Source: Phycisphaeraceae bacterium
Lineage (GTDB): Bacteria; Planctomycetota; Phycisphaerae; Phycisphaerales; Phycisphaeraceae
NCBI GenBank assembly: GCA_963674705.1
Contig: OY771506.1
Location: forward strand, 160,001-224,000
Length of the DNA: 64,000 bases
Reading direction: 5' to 3'
A program made the position numbers and the translations under genes. Positions 1 through 9,993 of the stretch are shown here, piece after piece. Position 1 is the first letter of the stretch, and each line of letters begins with the position of its first letter. The notes under the pieces were generated by a model. That model was not told the DNA's origin. It worked only from the letters and a program-made list of their open reading frames with translations, and did not search any database.

Positions 1-1
1 G

Positions 2-1963
2 GTCGGCGGTGACAGCCGCGCGCTGATTAACGGACGTGATGAAGCATTGGCTGCGCCGCCCTTCCGCCGGTTACACATACTCTGTGGTGAATCCTCGTGC
101 AGCCACCTGGTGATGTATCTGAAGGTCGGGACCACGGCGATTGTGATCGCGATGGCGGAAGCCGGCATCAATCCGGGCGCGGATGTGATGCCTGTCGACG
201 TCATGGACGCGATGCGGCGGTTTGTGCTCGACCCGACGTGCACCGTGGCTGTACCCGTGATCGGTGCCGAGAGGTCTGTCACGGCGATCGATATGCAACG
301 GGCGTATCTCGAAGCGGCGCAGACTCATATCGGCGCGGATTGGATGCCTGCCTGGGCGCCGGGGGTTGTGCAGCGCTGGCGCGAGGTGTTGGAATTGTTG
401 GCCGAAGGCGCCCCCTACTCGGTATCGACGAAGCTGGACTGGGCGATCAAGTGGTCGCTGCATGAATCGTTCTGCCGAGACAGGGGTTTTACGATCGAGC
501 AGGTTCAGGAGTGGGACCGTGATATCAGCGAGATCGCGGAGACGTGCGGCGTGGGGCCCGGCGCGCTACAGTCACGGCAAGCCGATGTGTTGGTGAACGA
601 TCCGCGTGTCATCAGGAAGCTGATCCAGCCGCACCCGCTGTTTGAGCATAACCGGGAGCGTGACAAAAAGTGGGAGCGTCTTGCTGATGCGCTCACGCTG
701 CGGTCGCAGTTGAACGAGATCGACACGCGATTTGCCGAGATCGGTCCCGATGGCTTGTTTAACCAACTTGATGCGGCGGGCGTGCTGGGGCACCGTTTGC
801 CGGAGGTAGATGAAGAAAGGATATGTCGAGCGATGGAACAACCACCAGACGATACGCGCGCCCGCATCCGCGCCGAGGCGATCGAGCGGGTCAATCGCAG
901 CCGAAGGAAGAAACAATACCGAGCGGACTGGCACTGTGTATACATGGCGGATCAGCGCATCCGCCTTGACCTGTCGGAGCTTTGGAATCTATCACCAAGC
1001 TGGCGGCGGTATCCTCGGCGGCGTGATGAACTATCGATGTTTGAAGAGGTCCTGTCGGAACGACCTCCGGGCCCGACGATCGACGAGGTGGTGAATGCGT
1101 ATCAGAGAGCGAGTTTTATGAAAGCCCGTGCATTATCGATGCAGTTGATCGATATGCGGCCGGCGCGAGAGCATGGCAGGCCGTGCTACGCAACTTCGGA
1201 CGTTGGACGGGCGCTGCGTTACCTGGCGTGGGCCACGGCAAGGCTCGGGCTTGGCGATCCGGCCGTTTTGCTCGACAGGATCCACGATCGGGAAAACGAG
1301 CGAACGGACGTGGTCGGCGATTACCTGTTTGTCTACACGGTGATGGCGCTATCGCCGCCGCCGCAGATCGAACGCTGGATCGTGACGGCCAACCTGATGC
1401 ACCTGCGCTTGGGCCGAACGACCATCGATCTTGCCGAACCGTTGGGTTACCACCTGCTTTGCCAAGGCAGGCTTGAAGCAGCGAGGCGGATGCTTGAGCC
1501 TTATGCGGAGAGTACGGAGGTGCTGCGTGGGATGCGTGTGCGGACGAACCTTTTCAGGATTTACCTGCGGATGGGCGATCGCGACAAGGCCGAGCAGATG
1601 CTGCAGCAGATGAACAGCCGAACGGGCAGACGGTACCTGGGACTGATGGCGGAATACCTGCTGCCCTGCAAAGCCAAGCTGACCGAAGATGTCGACCTTC
1701 GCCGCCGACTCTTGCGGCAGGCCTGTCTGATCCACAAGATGCAGAACAACACATTCGGGCAGGTCAAGATCAACCTGCTACGCACCCGCGCGTGCGGCGA
1801 CGTAGGCTTCGCAGATGACCTTCGTCACCAGATCATCCATGACGCGGTCAGCGTGCCGACACTGCATCACTGCAAGAAGTTCGATCGAATCCAGCGCCAC
1901 TGGCGGGCGTGGTCGATGACGGATGAACCGGATGAGCACGGCGACTATTGGTGGGGGCTGTGA
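2..1963 (+). CDS. PafA/Dop (Pup ligase/deamidase, PafA2-like) family protein with C-terminal helical/TPR-like extension; 5'-truncated by the window
   Basis: Frame +2 is open from base 2. SRALINGRDEALAAPPFRRLHILCGES...YLKVGTTAIV, LDWAIK, PPDDTRARIR and YRADW match PafA/Dop motifs (RPIINTRDEPHAD..RRLHVIVGD..LKVGTT, IDWVIK, PPQTTRARLR, FTVDW). Confidence 0.8.
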   Translation, partial: VGGDSRALINGRDEALAAPPFRRLHILCGESSCSHLVMYLKVGTTAIVIAMAEAGINPGADVMPVDVMDAMRRFVLDPTCTVAVPVIGAERSVTAIDMQRAYLEAAQTHIGADWMPAWAPGVVQRWREVLELLAEGAPYSVSTKLDWAIKWSLHESFCRDRGFTIEQVQEWDRDISEIAETCGVGPGALQSRQADVLVNDPRVIRKLIQPHPLFEHNRERDKKWERLADALTLRSQLNEIDTRFAEIGPDGLFNQLDAAGVLGHRLPEVDEERICRAMEQPPDDTRARIRAEAIERVNRSRRKKQYRADWHCVYMADQRIRLDLSELWNLSPSWRRYPRRRDELSMFEEVLSERPPGPTIDEVVNAYQRASFMKARALSMQLIDMRPAREHGRPCYATSDVGRALRYLAWATARLGLGDPAVLLDRIHDRENERTDVVGDYLFVYTVMALSPPPQIERWIVTANLMHLRLGRTTIDLAEPLGYHLLCQGRLEAARRMLEPYAESTEVLRGMRVRTNLFRIYLRMGDRDKAEQMLQQMNSRTGRRYLGLMAEYLLPCKAKLTEDVDLRRRLLRQACLIHKMQNNTFGQVKINLLRTRACGDVGFADDLRHQIIHDAVSVPTLHHCKKFDRIQRHWRAWSMTDEPDEHGDYWWGL

Positions 1964-2123
1964 TGAATTACGGCTGCGGCATGTTGAGCGCAACTTGTAC
2001 GAATCTACCCGCAACAAAGTGGACGATGCTTCCAAAAGAGAAGCATCGTCCATTCATTTCCCGGTGTTATCTCAGGCGCACGGTCCATGCCAAGTGAATC
2101 CGTCGCGGTGACAAACGCGTCCC

Positions 2124-3254
2124 CTACTCAACTTCGACCTTCAGCGTCACCGTCGGGTGCGTGTTGGGGGCGGTGACGGCGTTTAGGACTTCGAAGGCGA
2201 GGTCTACCGAAGTCTTTCGTTCGATGGTTCTGACATCAAGACGCTTGGTGCTGTGTGGTTCGAGCTTGATTACATCCGCGTCAAGATGGAACGTCATGTC
2301 GGACTGATTTTTAAGCAGATACTCGACGTCCGAGTTGTTTTCGATCGTGACGGTAAGCACTGACAGCTTGCCGGGGTAGTGGGCCTTCTTAATGGCCAGC
2401 GACGCCTTGATGAGCGGCACGAGTTGCTCTTCGCGGCCGATCAGTGTGTTCTTGAACCACACAGCGGTACGGCGTGCCTGGAGGGCTTCCTTGATGCCGT
2501 CGGCGGATCGTTCGGTGGCAAACACCAGCGTGACGGGTCGATGCCCGCCGGCCGGCACGTCGTACTCCCAATCGATGATCCCGTGGATATCTGAATTGCC
2601 CATGATCGCCAGGTTATGGTCGAGGGCGATTTGCAGCGCTTCATCGGAGTAAGACCCGCTGTTGACGACTTCGATGCCTTGGATGAGTTCTTCCCGGATA
2701 AGCTCGCGGTGCATGTCGGTCAGCGTGGCGATGCCGTCGGGGCGTTGAGCCTTCCAGGCGGGATGGTTCCATGTCGTAAAAGCCCCCTGCCGCTTCGCTT
2801 CGCGGAAAACAGCGATGGGATCGTCCATAAGCAGCGGATTGGCGTCTTGAAGAAGGATGGCGTTGCAATGCCCCGGTGGCATATCCCGTGTGACTTCCGA
2901 GCCGTTGAGGATGATCAATGGCTGGTTCTCTGCCTCCTTGACCGCGACCTGATAGGAACGGTTTCTGTCGGGATGCGGGATGTCATCCTTGTGTGGTTGA
3001 TATTCAAGGTGATCGGTCATGGCGATGGCGTCGAGGCCGTCGCGCAGGGCTTCCTGCACACGGATGTTGGGCCAGACGCTGCCGTCCGAAAAGACGGTAT
3101 GCATGTGAAAGTCGCACTTGAGCGTCAGGTAACCCGGCACGTCGGGCAGTTCGATTCGGCGCTGATCCATGTGCGTTTGCTGTGCGTAGGCGAACCAGGG
3201 AAGCAGTAGCGTGAGGGTCAAACCGAGTAGGAGTTTATTCATGCCGGGCCTCAA
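2124..3254 (-). CDS. Secreted PHP-domain phosphoesterase (Sb-PDE-like)
   Basis: Signal peptide, then CDFHMHTVFSDG, TDH, GSE, WNHP and GNSDIH PHP metal-binding motifs. The start may be the second Met (MNKLLL). Confidence 0.85.
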   Translation of the reverse strand: MRPGMNKLLLGLTLTLLLPWFAYAQQTHMDQRRIELPDVPGYLTLKCDFHMHTVFSDGSVWPNIRVQEALRDGLDAIAMTDHLEYQPHKDDIPHPDRNRSYQVAVKEAENQPLIILNGSEVTRDMPPGHCNAILLQDANPLLMDDPIAVFREAKRQGAFTTWNHPAWKAQRPDGIATLTDMHRELIREELIQGIEVVNSGSYSDEALQIALDHNLAIMGNSDIHGIIDWEYDVPAGGHRPVTLVFATERSADGIKEALQARRTAVWFKNTLIGREEQLVPLIKASLAIKKAHYPGKLSVLTVTIENNSDVEYLLKNQSDMTFHLDADVIKLEPHSTKRLDVRTIERKTSVDLAFEVLNAVTAPNTHPTVTLKVEVE

Positions 3255-3448
3255 AGTGTGTAAGAAGGGTCGTCTCAGTTGACTTGATTGGCCACGAAGT
3301 TTCCGATGAACCGGTGATTGACTCGACCAAACGATCGCGTCTGGAAAGCACTATCCAATCAGGCTTTGTAATGATACTTGAAGACCGCTCTGCAGACGAT
3401 ACGTCCGGGACGCAATGTATGGCGCCGGCAGCCTGGCGGGCGGAAGTG

Positions 3449-3473
3449 AAAGCGGAGAGGGTGGGATTCGAAC
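3449..3473 (-). repeat. att-like direct repeat: duplicate of the tRNA-Ser 3' end
   Basis: aaagcggagagggtgggattcgaac matches 13542-13566 (aaagcggagagggcgggattcgaac) at 24/25 positions. Confidence 0.85.
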
Positions 3474-3735
3474 AGGCCCGCCGGGTCGAAAATCGGCGTT
3501 TCTGGCTTGCCAAGAGGGCTTCCAGATGAATATTGGGCGCGATTTAGGGCGCAGCGATCATCACAGGATCGCCGGCTTAGTGAAGGTTGGATACCGACTG
3601 ATCCGAGAACCAGACTTATCGAATAATGGCAGAGATCTAACTTAATCTCCGTGAGCGACCTCGGAGATAGTGTTGATTTTTTTACAATTACACGGCAATC
3701 CGGTTAGATACTAAAGCACTTGCCGACTACGTCGA

Positions 3736-5226
3736 TCATTCCGATTCAGAACTGTTGTGGATTACATCAGAAGTTGAGTCTGTCAACTTAACGAATAGCA
3801 CGACCTCACGATCAAAGGGCACGTCCAATTCTCGCTTTGAGTTTCCCGACAGTACCGCCGATTCCACTAAGGTCTCAGCCGTGAGAGGGTCCCACCACTC
3901 AACCGTGTAAGGGCCTTGCCCATCGGACAGGTCTAGTTCAATAACATCATCCCCGGGTACATAAACCAGGTACGTGACGCCGGGATCGGCCAGACAGAAT
4001 CCTGTCGATGAAAGGCTGTTGCTGGGCTTCGCCCGAGCGAGGTCCATGCGTGACGTGTATTCGATCGCCTTGCCCAGTGATCGGCGTGGCGACTCGAGCG
4101 CACGCGGGAACGGCCGGCCCAGCACCTTACCGTCGTACGTATCCATCAGGATCGGATTCAAACCACGGGTTACAGACTTCCAGACCCACGCCGCGTCGCC
4201 ACCGATGCCCCAGAGATGATCCGTATCGCTGAGCACGACCTTGACCCCCTCCATATCGGGCGGGTCGTCTCGGAAACCGCCCTCCTTGTTCGGTGAAATC
4301 CAGTCCGCGGGGCTGTCAAAAAGTGCCTGGTTCTTGCCGTGATTGTTCTGGTAGGTCATACCCACCGGGTGTTGCTTGGGCATGTCTTTCTCGACGTCCT
4401 TGATGAAGCGGATCATGTGGTACTGCCACTGTGTCGAGGCAGGATGCGTTTCGTTAGAGATCTCATACAAAACGTTGTCACACTCGTTGAGAGTCCGGAC
4501 GAGTTCACGGACATATGCTTCCTGTATCGCCGTGACGTTTGGATCGATCATCTGGTGGATCTCGATACCCTTGCCATCGCCGTTTGTATCGCCGTCGATA
4601 CCGTTGATGTTATTCGCGGGATTGAATGGGTGGTTGGCCCAGGCTTCTTTCTGGAACTGTACGCCGTAGCCTTCGAACAGCATGATCGACATGTAGATGC
4701 CCCGCGACCCGGCCTTTTCTACACGTGTCCTGAGCCTGTCAAGGTACGGCTGATTCATGGTAGTAAGGTCGAACTTCGGCTTACCATCCAGCGCTGTGCC
4801 CGGGCCTGTCCGCGCCCACGGATGAGGCGCCACAAAATGGTTTGCATTGCGCCATGCCCGGCTCTTCATCTTTGTCGTGTCCCACCGGGTCGGTTCCCAA
4901 GTCCATCCGCGTGTAAAGTTATGACCGTGTGACTCGAGCCACGTCAGGTACGCATCAAAATCAAATTCCGCGGGCGGATCGGACGGACCGAAGTCCACTA
5001 GGTTCGTCCATGTGTGCGAACCGGCCAGCAGGATCGCCCGGCCGGTGTTGTCCGTGAAGTAGCGCGGGTTGTCAGGATGAACCCTCAGCGGGCCATCCGC
5101 CTGAGCCTCCACCGCTAACAACGAATACATAGAGAGAAGCAGAACCAGCCAACAACGAGTCGTGCCATGCTTTACACACACTTTAGTGTTTCGCCTTGCA
5201 TTAAGGGCGAATTCTATGGTGTCCAT
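3736..5226 (-). CDS. Secreted DUF6298-like glycoside-hydrolase-fold protein with C-terminal putative collagen-binding beta domain
   Basis: GPLRVHPDNPRYFTD..GSHTW, YEISNE and DTDHLWG motifs; C-terminal YLVY...VEWWDP. AGGAG RBS precedes the ATG at 5226. Confidence 0.65.
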   Translation of the reverse strand: MDTIEFALNARRNTKVCVKHGTTRCWLVLLLSMYSLLAVEAQADGPLRVHPDNPRYFTDNTGRAILLAGSHTWTNLVDFGPSDPPAEFDFDAYLTWLESHGHNFTRGWTWEPTRWDTTKMKSRAWRNANHFVAPHPWARTGPGTALDGKPKFDLTTMNQPYLDRLRTRVEKAGSRGIYMSIMLFEGYGVQFQKEAWANHPFNPANNINGIDGDTNGDGKGIEIHQMIDPNVTAIQEAYVRELVRTLNECDNVLYEISNETHPASTQWQYHMIRFIKDVEKDMPKQHPVGMTYQNNHGKNQALFDSPADWISPNKEGGFRDDPPDMEGVKVVLSDTDHLWGIGGDAAWVWKSVTRGLNPILMDTYDGKVLGRPFPRALESPRRSLGKAIEYTSRMDLARAKPSNSLSSTGFCLADPGVTYLVYVPGDDVIELDLSDGQGPYTVEWWDPLTAETLVESAVLSGNSKRELDVPFDREVVLFVKLTDSTSDVIHNSSESE

Positions 5227-5344
5227 GGGCGTACTCCTACGCCGGCAATCGTGTGAATCCAGCCTTAAATAATTAAGACCTACTAACAAAGCCTATAGCT
5301 AGTCCATGCCTATTTCTTTCTTCTCAGCTGTTCGCCATTCCGGC

Positions 5345-6496
5345 TCATTCTGTCTTCAGCTTAAATTTGCCGAAGTGGATGTGGGTGCGGTGGCGGTCTT
5401 CGGTGCCACTGTCCCAGACGGCGCGGAAGTCGCCGGGGGCGACCTCGATGAAAGTGGGATAGGAGTTCTTGATGCCGGCATCATAGAAGGTTTTCTCCTC
5501 GCTCCACTGCCCGCCAGCGGGTTTGGTCTTGTACCGCAGGGCAGAGCGCAGGCCGACGGGGCCGTCGTTGTACACGTAGATGTGCGTGCCGTCGTCGGCC
5601 CGGCCATAGAAGCCCTTGGACTTGGCATTATGGAGCTGGGGTTCCTGCTGCGCGGGGCTCCAGGATCGGCCGCCGTCGGTGCTGGTGCTTGAGAAGGCAC
5701 GTGGCGGGTCGGTCCCGAGGCGGTCGTTATCGTAGTTGGCGGTGCGCATGACCATTTTGAGTTCGCCGGGTGCATCGCCGGGCGCGATGTTCCCCTCATG
5801 CAGGAAGACTTTGCCGGCGGGCGGCTGGGGGATGTAGGACTCGAGCTTCCATTCGAGCAGGCTCGTGCTGCTGAGCACGAACTGGTCGCGCGAGCCAAGC
5901 GGGTCTTTCTGGAGTGTGTTGCGGTGCGCGGGCAGGAGGAAGCGTTTCTGACCGTCGATCTGCGTCTCGTAGAGGCCTGCAACGACAATCAGCGGGCCGG
6001 TGTAGTGCATCGCCATCTCGACGGGCGTCCAAGACCTTCCGCCGTCGGCGCTGAACGCGCCCACGAGCTGCGACTCCTCGCTGTTGCGGTACACGATCGG
6101 ACAGCGCATGGCGAAGCACCAGAGCACGTCCTGACCGGTCGGCTTGAAGAGGATCGCGTTGGCGTAGGCGAACTGGATCGATCCTTGCCAACGATTGTGA
6201 TCGAAGATGACAACCGGATCGCTCCAGGTGTCACCGTCATCTTTGGAGATACTGGCCATGATATCTCCCATGTCTGTCTTGCCTGGAATTGTCGCACCAA
6301 AAGCGGCCACCAAGTGTTTGCCTTCCCACTGCGCTATATATGGTTGCCATAGCCGGGCCGATCCCGGATGTTTGTCCAAGTGACGGATAGTGCGCACATC
6401 GGTGACGTCGCCAGTGTAGGACGGTTCCTCAGCAAAGCTGGCGGACACGACGAACCAGAGGCAGATGAAAGTGCAGATCGTCTGGCGATTGCTCAT
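5345..6496 (-). CDS. Secreted BNR/Asp-box sialidase-fold protein
   Basis: Signal peptide; Asp boxes SKDDGDTW, SADGGRSW and STDGGRSW; terminal NSYP; AAGGAG RBS. Confidence 0.8.
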   Translation of the reverse strand: MSNRQTICTFICLWFVVSASFAEEPSYTGDVTDVRTIRHLDKHPGSARLWQPYIAQWEGKHLVAAFGATIPGKTDMGDIMASISKDDGDTWSDPVVIFDHNRWQGSIQFAYANAILFKPTGQDVLWCFAMRCPIVYRNSEESQLVGAFSADGGRSWTPVEMAMHYTGPLIVVAGLYETQIDGQKRFLLPAHRNTLQKDPLGSRDQFVLSSTSLLEWKLESYIPQPPAGKVFLHEGNIAPGDAPGELKMVMRTANYDNDRLGTDPPRAFSSTSTDGGRSWSPAQQEPQLHNAKSKGFYGRADDGTHIYVYNDGPVGLRSALRYKTKPAGGQWSEEKTFYDAGIKNSYPTFIEVAPGDFRAVWDSGTEDRHRTHIHFGKFKLKTE

Positions 6497-6593
6497 ATCG
6501 GGCCCTCCTTGATTGTAAATTATTATGAATTAAGAATATATAAGTGTAAACAAGCGTACTGGCCCTGCTTCCATAGATGTTAATAAAAGATTC

Positions 6594-6603
6594 TGTTATT
6601 ACA
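6594..6603. promoter_or_regulatory. Possible GntR-type operator TGTTATTACA in the AT-rich divergent promoter region
   Basis: Near-palindrome TGT-N4-ACA between the divergent sialidase-fold and regulator genes. Confidence 0.3.
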
Positions 6604-6648
6604 AATAAAAGTAATTGATAAATAAGAATTTTTAATTAGACTCCAGAT

Positions 6649-7740
6649 ATGAAAGTCGAACAGGCTCAAACGCCCCGAGTGCTCGAACTGGCCCGTCGGA
6701 TCGAGTCGGACATCGCCAAACGAGGTCTACAACCTGGTGATGCTTATCTGAACACTGGAGAGGTGGCACAAATGCTTGGGGTCAACCGCATGGTCGCCAA
6801 CCGCGCCATGCAGCTATTGGCTCAAAAAAGGCGGATCGTCCGTAAGCAGCGGCACGGCACTACCATTTCGGAGCCCTCTACCACGCACCTTTCACAACCA
6901 ATCGAATCGTTGCTGCTGCTGGTTCAAACTCACTATCTTTCCAGTGAAGGCCTGCTGGGAGATGGTGTGATCGTAGGCATCAGCCATGAGTTCCCGGGGC
7001 TCGATGTCCAGTTTATATACGTGTCATCGGGCAACGAATTGGGGCTCGTGGATCAGACGATCAATCGTTGCCTGCGTTCAGAGAAAACAACTGGGTTACT
7101 ACTGGTGCGGTCATCGCTGGAGACACAACGGCTGGTGATGGAATGCGGGTTGCCGGCGGTGATTTACGGCACGCCACAACCATCAATCACTTCGCTTTCT
7201 TCCATAGACCGCGACCAGTATCAGATCGGCCAACTCTGCGCAAACCATGTGCTGTCGCGCGGACAGCGGCGTCTGCTGGTGCTTATGCGCGATCGGATGC
7301 ATGCCGGTGAGCCGGCGTTTCAAGATGGATTGCAGGCTGCCGCTTCCAGACACGGTCTCACGCTTGACTCTGTGTACTTCCGCGATCTGCCTGCAGACAA
7401 ACCCGCGGTAGACGCCGAAGTTCGCAAGCTGTTGCACACCGATCCCACTTCATTGGGTATCATCGCTCGCAGCGAAGCATTGGCGGATGGGGCGGTGCAA
7501 GCCATTGAAAACCATGGTTTGGTGGTGGGGCAAGACGTGTCTCTGGCGGTCGCTGATGTGTATCGTTGTGGCAATTCTGCCCCACCACGATATCCCTACA
7601 TCAAGGGTCGTTTAACACCCGAACAACAGGGGCGAGAAATAGGAGTTCTCCTGAGGGAGGCGGTCATGGGCCTGCCCGTTCGACACGTGACGGTCCCTGT
7701 CGACTTGGAACCTCGAAACATAACACAAGATCTTGGATGA
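6649..7740 (+). CDS. GntR-HTH / LacI-type sugar-binding domain transcriptional regulator
   Basis: N-terminal LQPGD..EVAQMLGVNRMVANRAMQLL...HGT winged helix, followed by a periplasmic-binding-like domain (SIDRDQYQIG, GLVVGQDVSL). Confidence 0.85.
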   Translation: MKVEQAQTPRVLELARRIESDIAKRGLQPGDAYLNTGEVAQMLGVNRMVANRAMQLLAQKRRIVRKQRHGTTISEPSTTHLSQPIESLLLLVQTHYLSSEGLLGDGVIVGISHEFPGLDVQFIYVSSGNELGLVDQTINRCLRSEKTTGLLLVRSSLETQRLVMECGLPAVIYGTPQPSITSLSSIDRDQYQIGQLCANHVLSRGQRRLLVLMRDRMHAGEPAFQDGLQAAASRHGLTLDSVYFRDLPADKPAVDAEVRKLLHTDPTSLGIIARSEALADGAVQAIENHGLVVGQDVSLAVADVYRCGNSAPPRYPYIKGRLTPEQQGREIGVLLREAVMGLPVRHVTVPVDLEPRNITQDLG

Positions 7741-7787
7741 TTGGAGCCGGTGCCCGCATACTTTTTATTAAAAAGTGGGGTGTTGTG

Positions 7788-9833
7788 ATGAGAATAACAG
7801 TCTTGGCCATGGTAGTAAGCGTTTGCGCTTCGGCTGCGCATGCCTCGACGATGATTGAGACAACCGTTTTCGATCGTGGCGAGAACGGGTACTTCGCGTT
7901 TCGCATTCCCGCGATTATCACGGCGCAGAACGGCGACCTACTCGCGTTTGCCGAGGCGCGGCGTGACAACCTGCAAGATGAAGGTGACATAGACATCGTG
8001 CTCAAGCGCAGCACCGACGGTGGTGTGAGTTGGGGGCCGATGCAACTGCTGGCAGACAATGGTGCCGGGAAAGCAGGTAATCCCACACCGGTTCTTGATC
8101 AGACCACCGGCAATATCATCCTGCCTTATAGCGTGGATGTGGAAACCCCATACGTCATTACGAGCAGTGACCACGGCCTGACCTGGTCAGCCCCCGTGAA
8201 TATCAAATCCTCGGCCAACCCCTCAAACTGGAAAGGTTACGTTTTTGGTCCGACGCACGGTATCCAGTTGCAGCGCGGGCCTCATGCCGGCCGCCTGGTT
8301 ATCCCCGGCAGTCACTCGCTACGCGGCGTACCACTCGAGCCCATGGGGCGTGAAGCCCACCTCATCTATTCGGATGACGGGGGTGCATCCTGGAACGTCG
8401 GTGGGGTCTTGACGAACCCTACGGAAGGCATTGGGCCGGGTGAGGCCACGGTCACCGAACTCGTCGATGGCACGCTCTATGTCAACACCCGCAACCAAGG
8501 CGACTTCTCACGTCACCGACTGATCGGGTACAGCGAAGACGGTGGTCTGTCTTTCACCAATCAGGCACAGATCGAGTACGGATTGATCGACCCAAAGGTC
8601 CAGGGCAGCGTCGTAAGATACTCGGCCATCGACGCGGGTGACGACCGTAACCGTATCCTGTTCTCCAATCCCAAGTCACAGGACTCGCGCACCGATTTAC
8701 ATGTCCGCAGTTCATTTGACGAGTCCACTTCCTGGGATGAGGGGAAGCTGATCAACCGTGAGCGGTCCGCATATTCCGATCTCGTCAAGCTGCAAGATGG
8801 CCGAATCGGGGTGCTTTACGAGTGGGGCAACAAAAAAACCTACGAGGAGATTCGCTTCACGACGTTCACCGAGGACTGGCTGGACAGCCCCACCGCGCTG
8901 CACTACAACTTCGATGCGGCTTATTTAACCAGTGCCAATGGCACAAACCTTGTCACCAGTATCGACGGCTATAACTACGACGGCTACGCTGTGGCATCTA
9001 TGACACAGGTTTCGGGCAGCGCCGATTATCCGGGCGCGGGCGCTCTTCGCTTCACGGGCGCCAACAGCAACGACACGATCCGCGTGCTTAAGGCCAAGGA
9101 ATCCGGGAACTTCGAGTTTGCGCATGAGGACAGCTTCACGATCGAGGCCGTCTTCCGCACCGAACAACACGACACAGACAGGGGCATAATCTTCGACAAG
9201 AGCGGGCCTAATACCAAAGGCGCCTACTCGATTGGCATCGAGAACGGCAAGCTGCTGTTTTATACCCGTGATCTTTCGGGTAACCAAGCGAGCCTACTGA
9301 GCGACACAGACATTAACGATGGCGCTTGGCACCATGTTGCAGTAGTTCGAGACGCCGCAGCCCAACGTTTCTATCTGTACATCGACCATCAACTCACCGA
9401 CACGTTTATCGACCCGACCACACACGATTTTGGGGCCGTGATCGGTAATGCAATGGTCCCGTACATCGGTTCCACCGCTTCGGGCCAGGATCAGTTCGAC
9501 GGTGATCTGCAACACCTGCGCATCTCAATGGCGGCATTGACAGCGGACCTTTTTTTGCAAAGGATGCTCGCCGGCGACTTGGACGGCAACGGATTCGTTG
9601 ATAAGAACGATCTGGACATTGTGCTGGGTGCATGGAACCAGTTTGTCCCCCCCGGCAACCCGCTGGCAGATCCCAGCGGTGACGGGTTCGTGGGCTTGGC
9701 GGACCTGGACACGGTGCTGGGCAATTGGAACGCTGGCACGACACCGGGTGGTACAGCCCTGCCGGAACCGGCCTCGCTGGCTGTGCTGAGCACAGGCGCG
9801 GTGGCGCTGCTTCGGTGGCGCGAGGGTCGCTGA
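7788..9833 (+). CDS. GH33 exo-alpha-sialidase with LamG domain, dockerin-like Ca-binding repeat and PEP-CTERM tail
   Basis: Signal peptide; FRIP motif; Asp boxes (STDGGVSW, SSDHGLTW, SDDGGASW); SAYSDL..YE; LamG (DGAWHHVAVVRD); GDLDGNGFV/DPSGDGFVG; LPEPASLAVL..LLRWR. Confidence 0.9.
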   Translation: MRITVLAMVVSVCASAAHASTMIETTVFDRGENGYFAFRIPAIITAQNGDLLAFAEARRDNLQDEGDIDIVLKRSTDGGVSWGPMQLLADNGAGKAGNPTPVLDQTTGNIILPYSVDVETPYVITSSDHGLTWSAPVNIKSSANPSNWKGYVFGPTHGIQLQRGPHAGRLVIPGSHSLRGVPLEPMGREAHLIYSDDGGASWNVGGVLTNPTEGIGPGEATVTELVDGTLYVNTRNQGDFSRHRLIGYSEDGGLSFTNQAQIEYGLIDPKVQGSVVRYSAIDAGDDRNRILFSNPKSQDSRTDLHVRSSFDESTSWDEGKLINRERSAYSDLVKLQDGRIGVLYEWGNKKTYEEIRFTTFTEDWLDSPTALHYNFDAAYLTSANGTNLVTSIDGYNYDGYAVASMTQVSGSADYPGAGALRFTGANSNDTIRVLKAKESGNFEFAHEDSFTIEAVFRTEQHDTDRGIIFDKSGPNTKGAYSIGIENGKLLFYTRDLSGNQASLLSDTDINDGAWHHVAVVRDAAAQRFYLYIDHQLTDTFIDPTTHDFGAVIGNAMVPYIGSTASGQDQFDGDLQHLRISMAALTADLFLQRMLAGDLDGNGFVDKNDLDIVLGAWNQFVPPGNPLADPSGDGFVGLADLDTVLGNWNAGTTPGGTALPEPASLAVLSTGAVALLRWREGR

Positions 9834-9993
9834 TGATCCGTCAACTTCCTCTTTTGGATTTTGTTGTATCGCAACCCCGACTGTAGCCCGAGTGCCAACT
9901 TTTGGCACGCCGTAGTGAACACTTAGGTGACACCGACTGGAAACAGACACTCCAAGATTACCGAATCAATAGCCGACCACGCAAGGAATACAC

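Noticed and set aside
3449..3473. Second tRNA gene
   Set aside because: Only the T-loop/acceptor 3' portion is present; no D or anticodon arm follows. Treated as an att repeat.
3235..3645. Short ORFs around the att site as an integrase remnant
   Set aside because: No tyrosine- or serine-recombinase motifs are recognisable in the translated frames.
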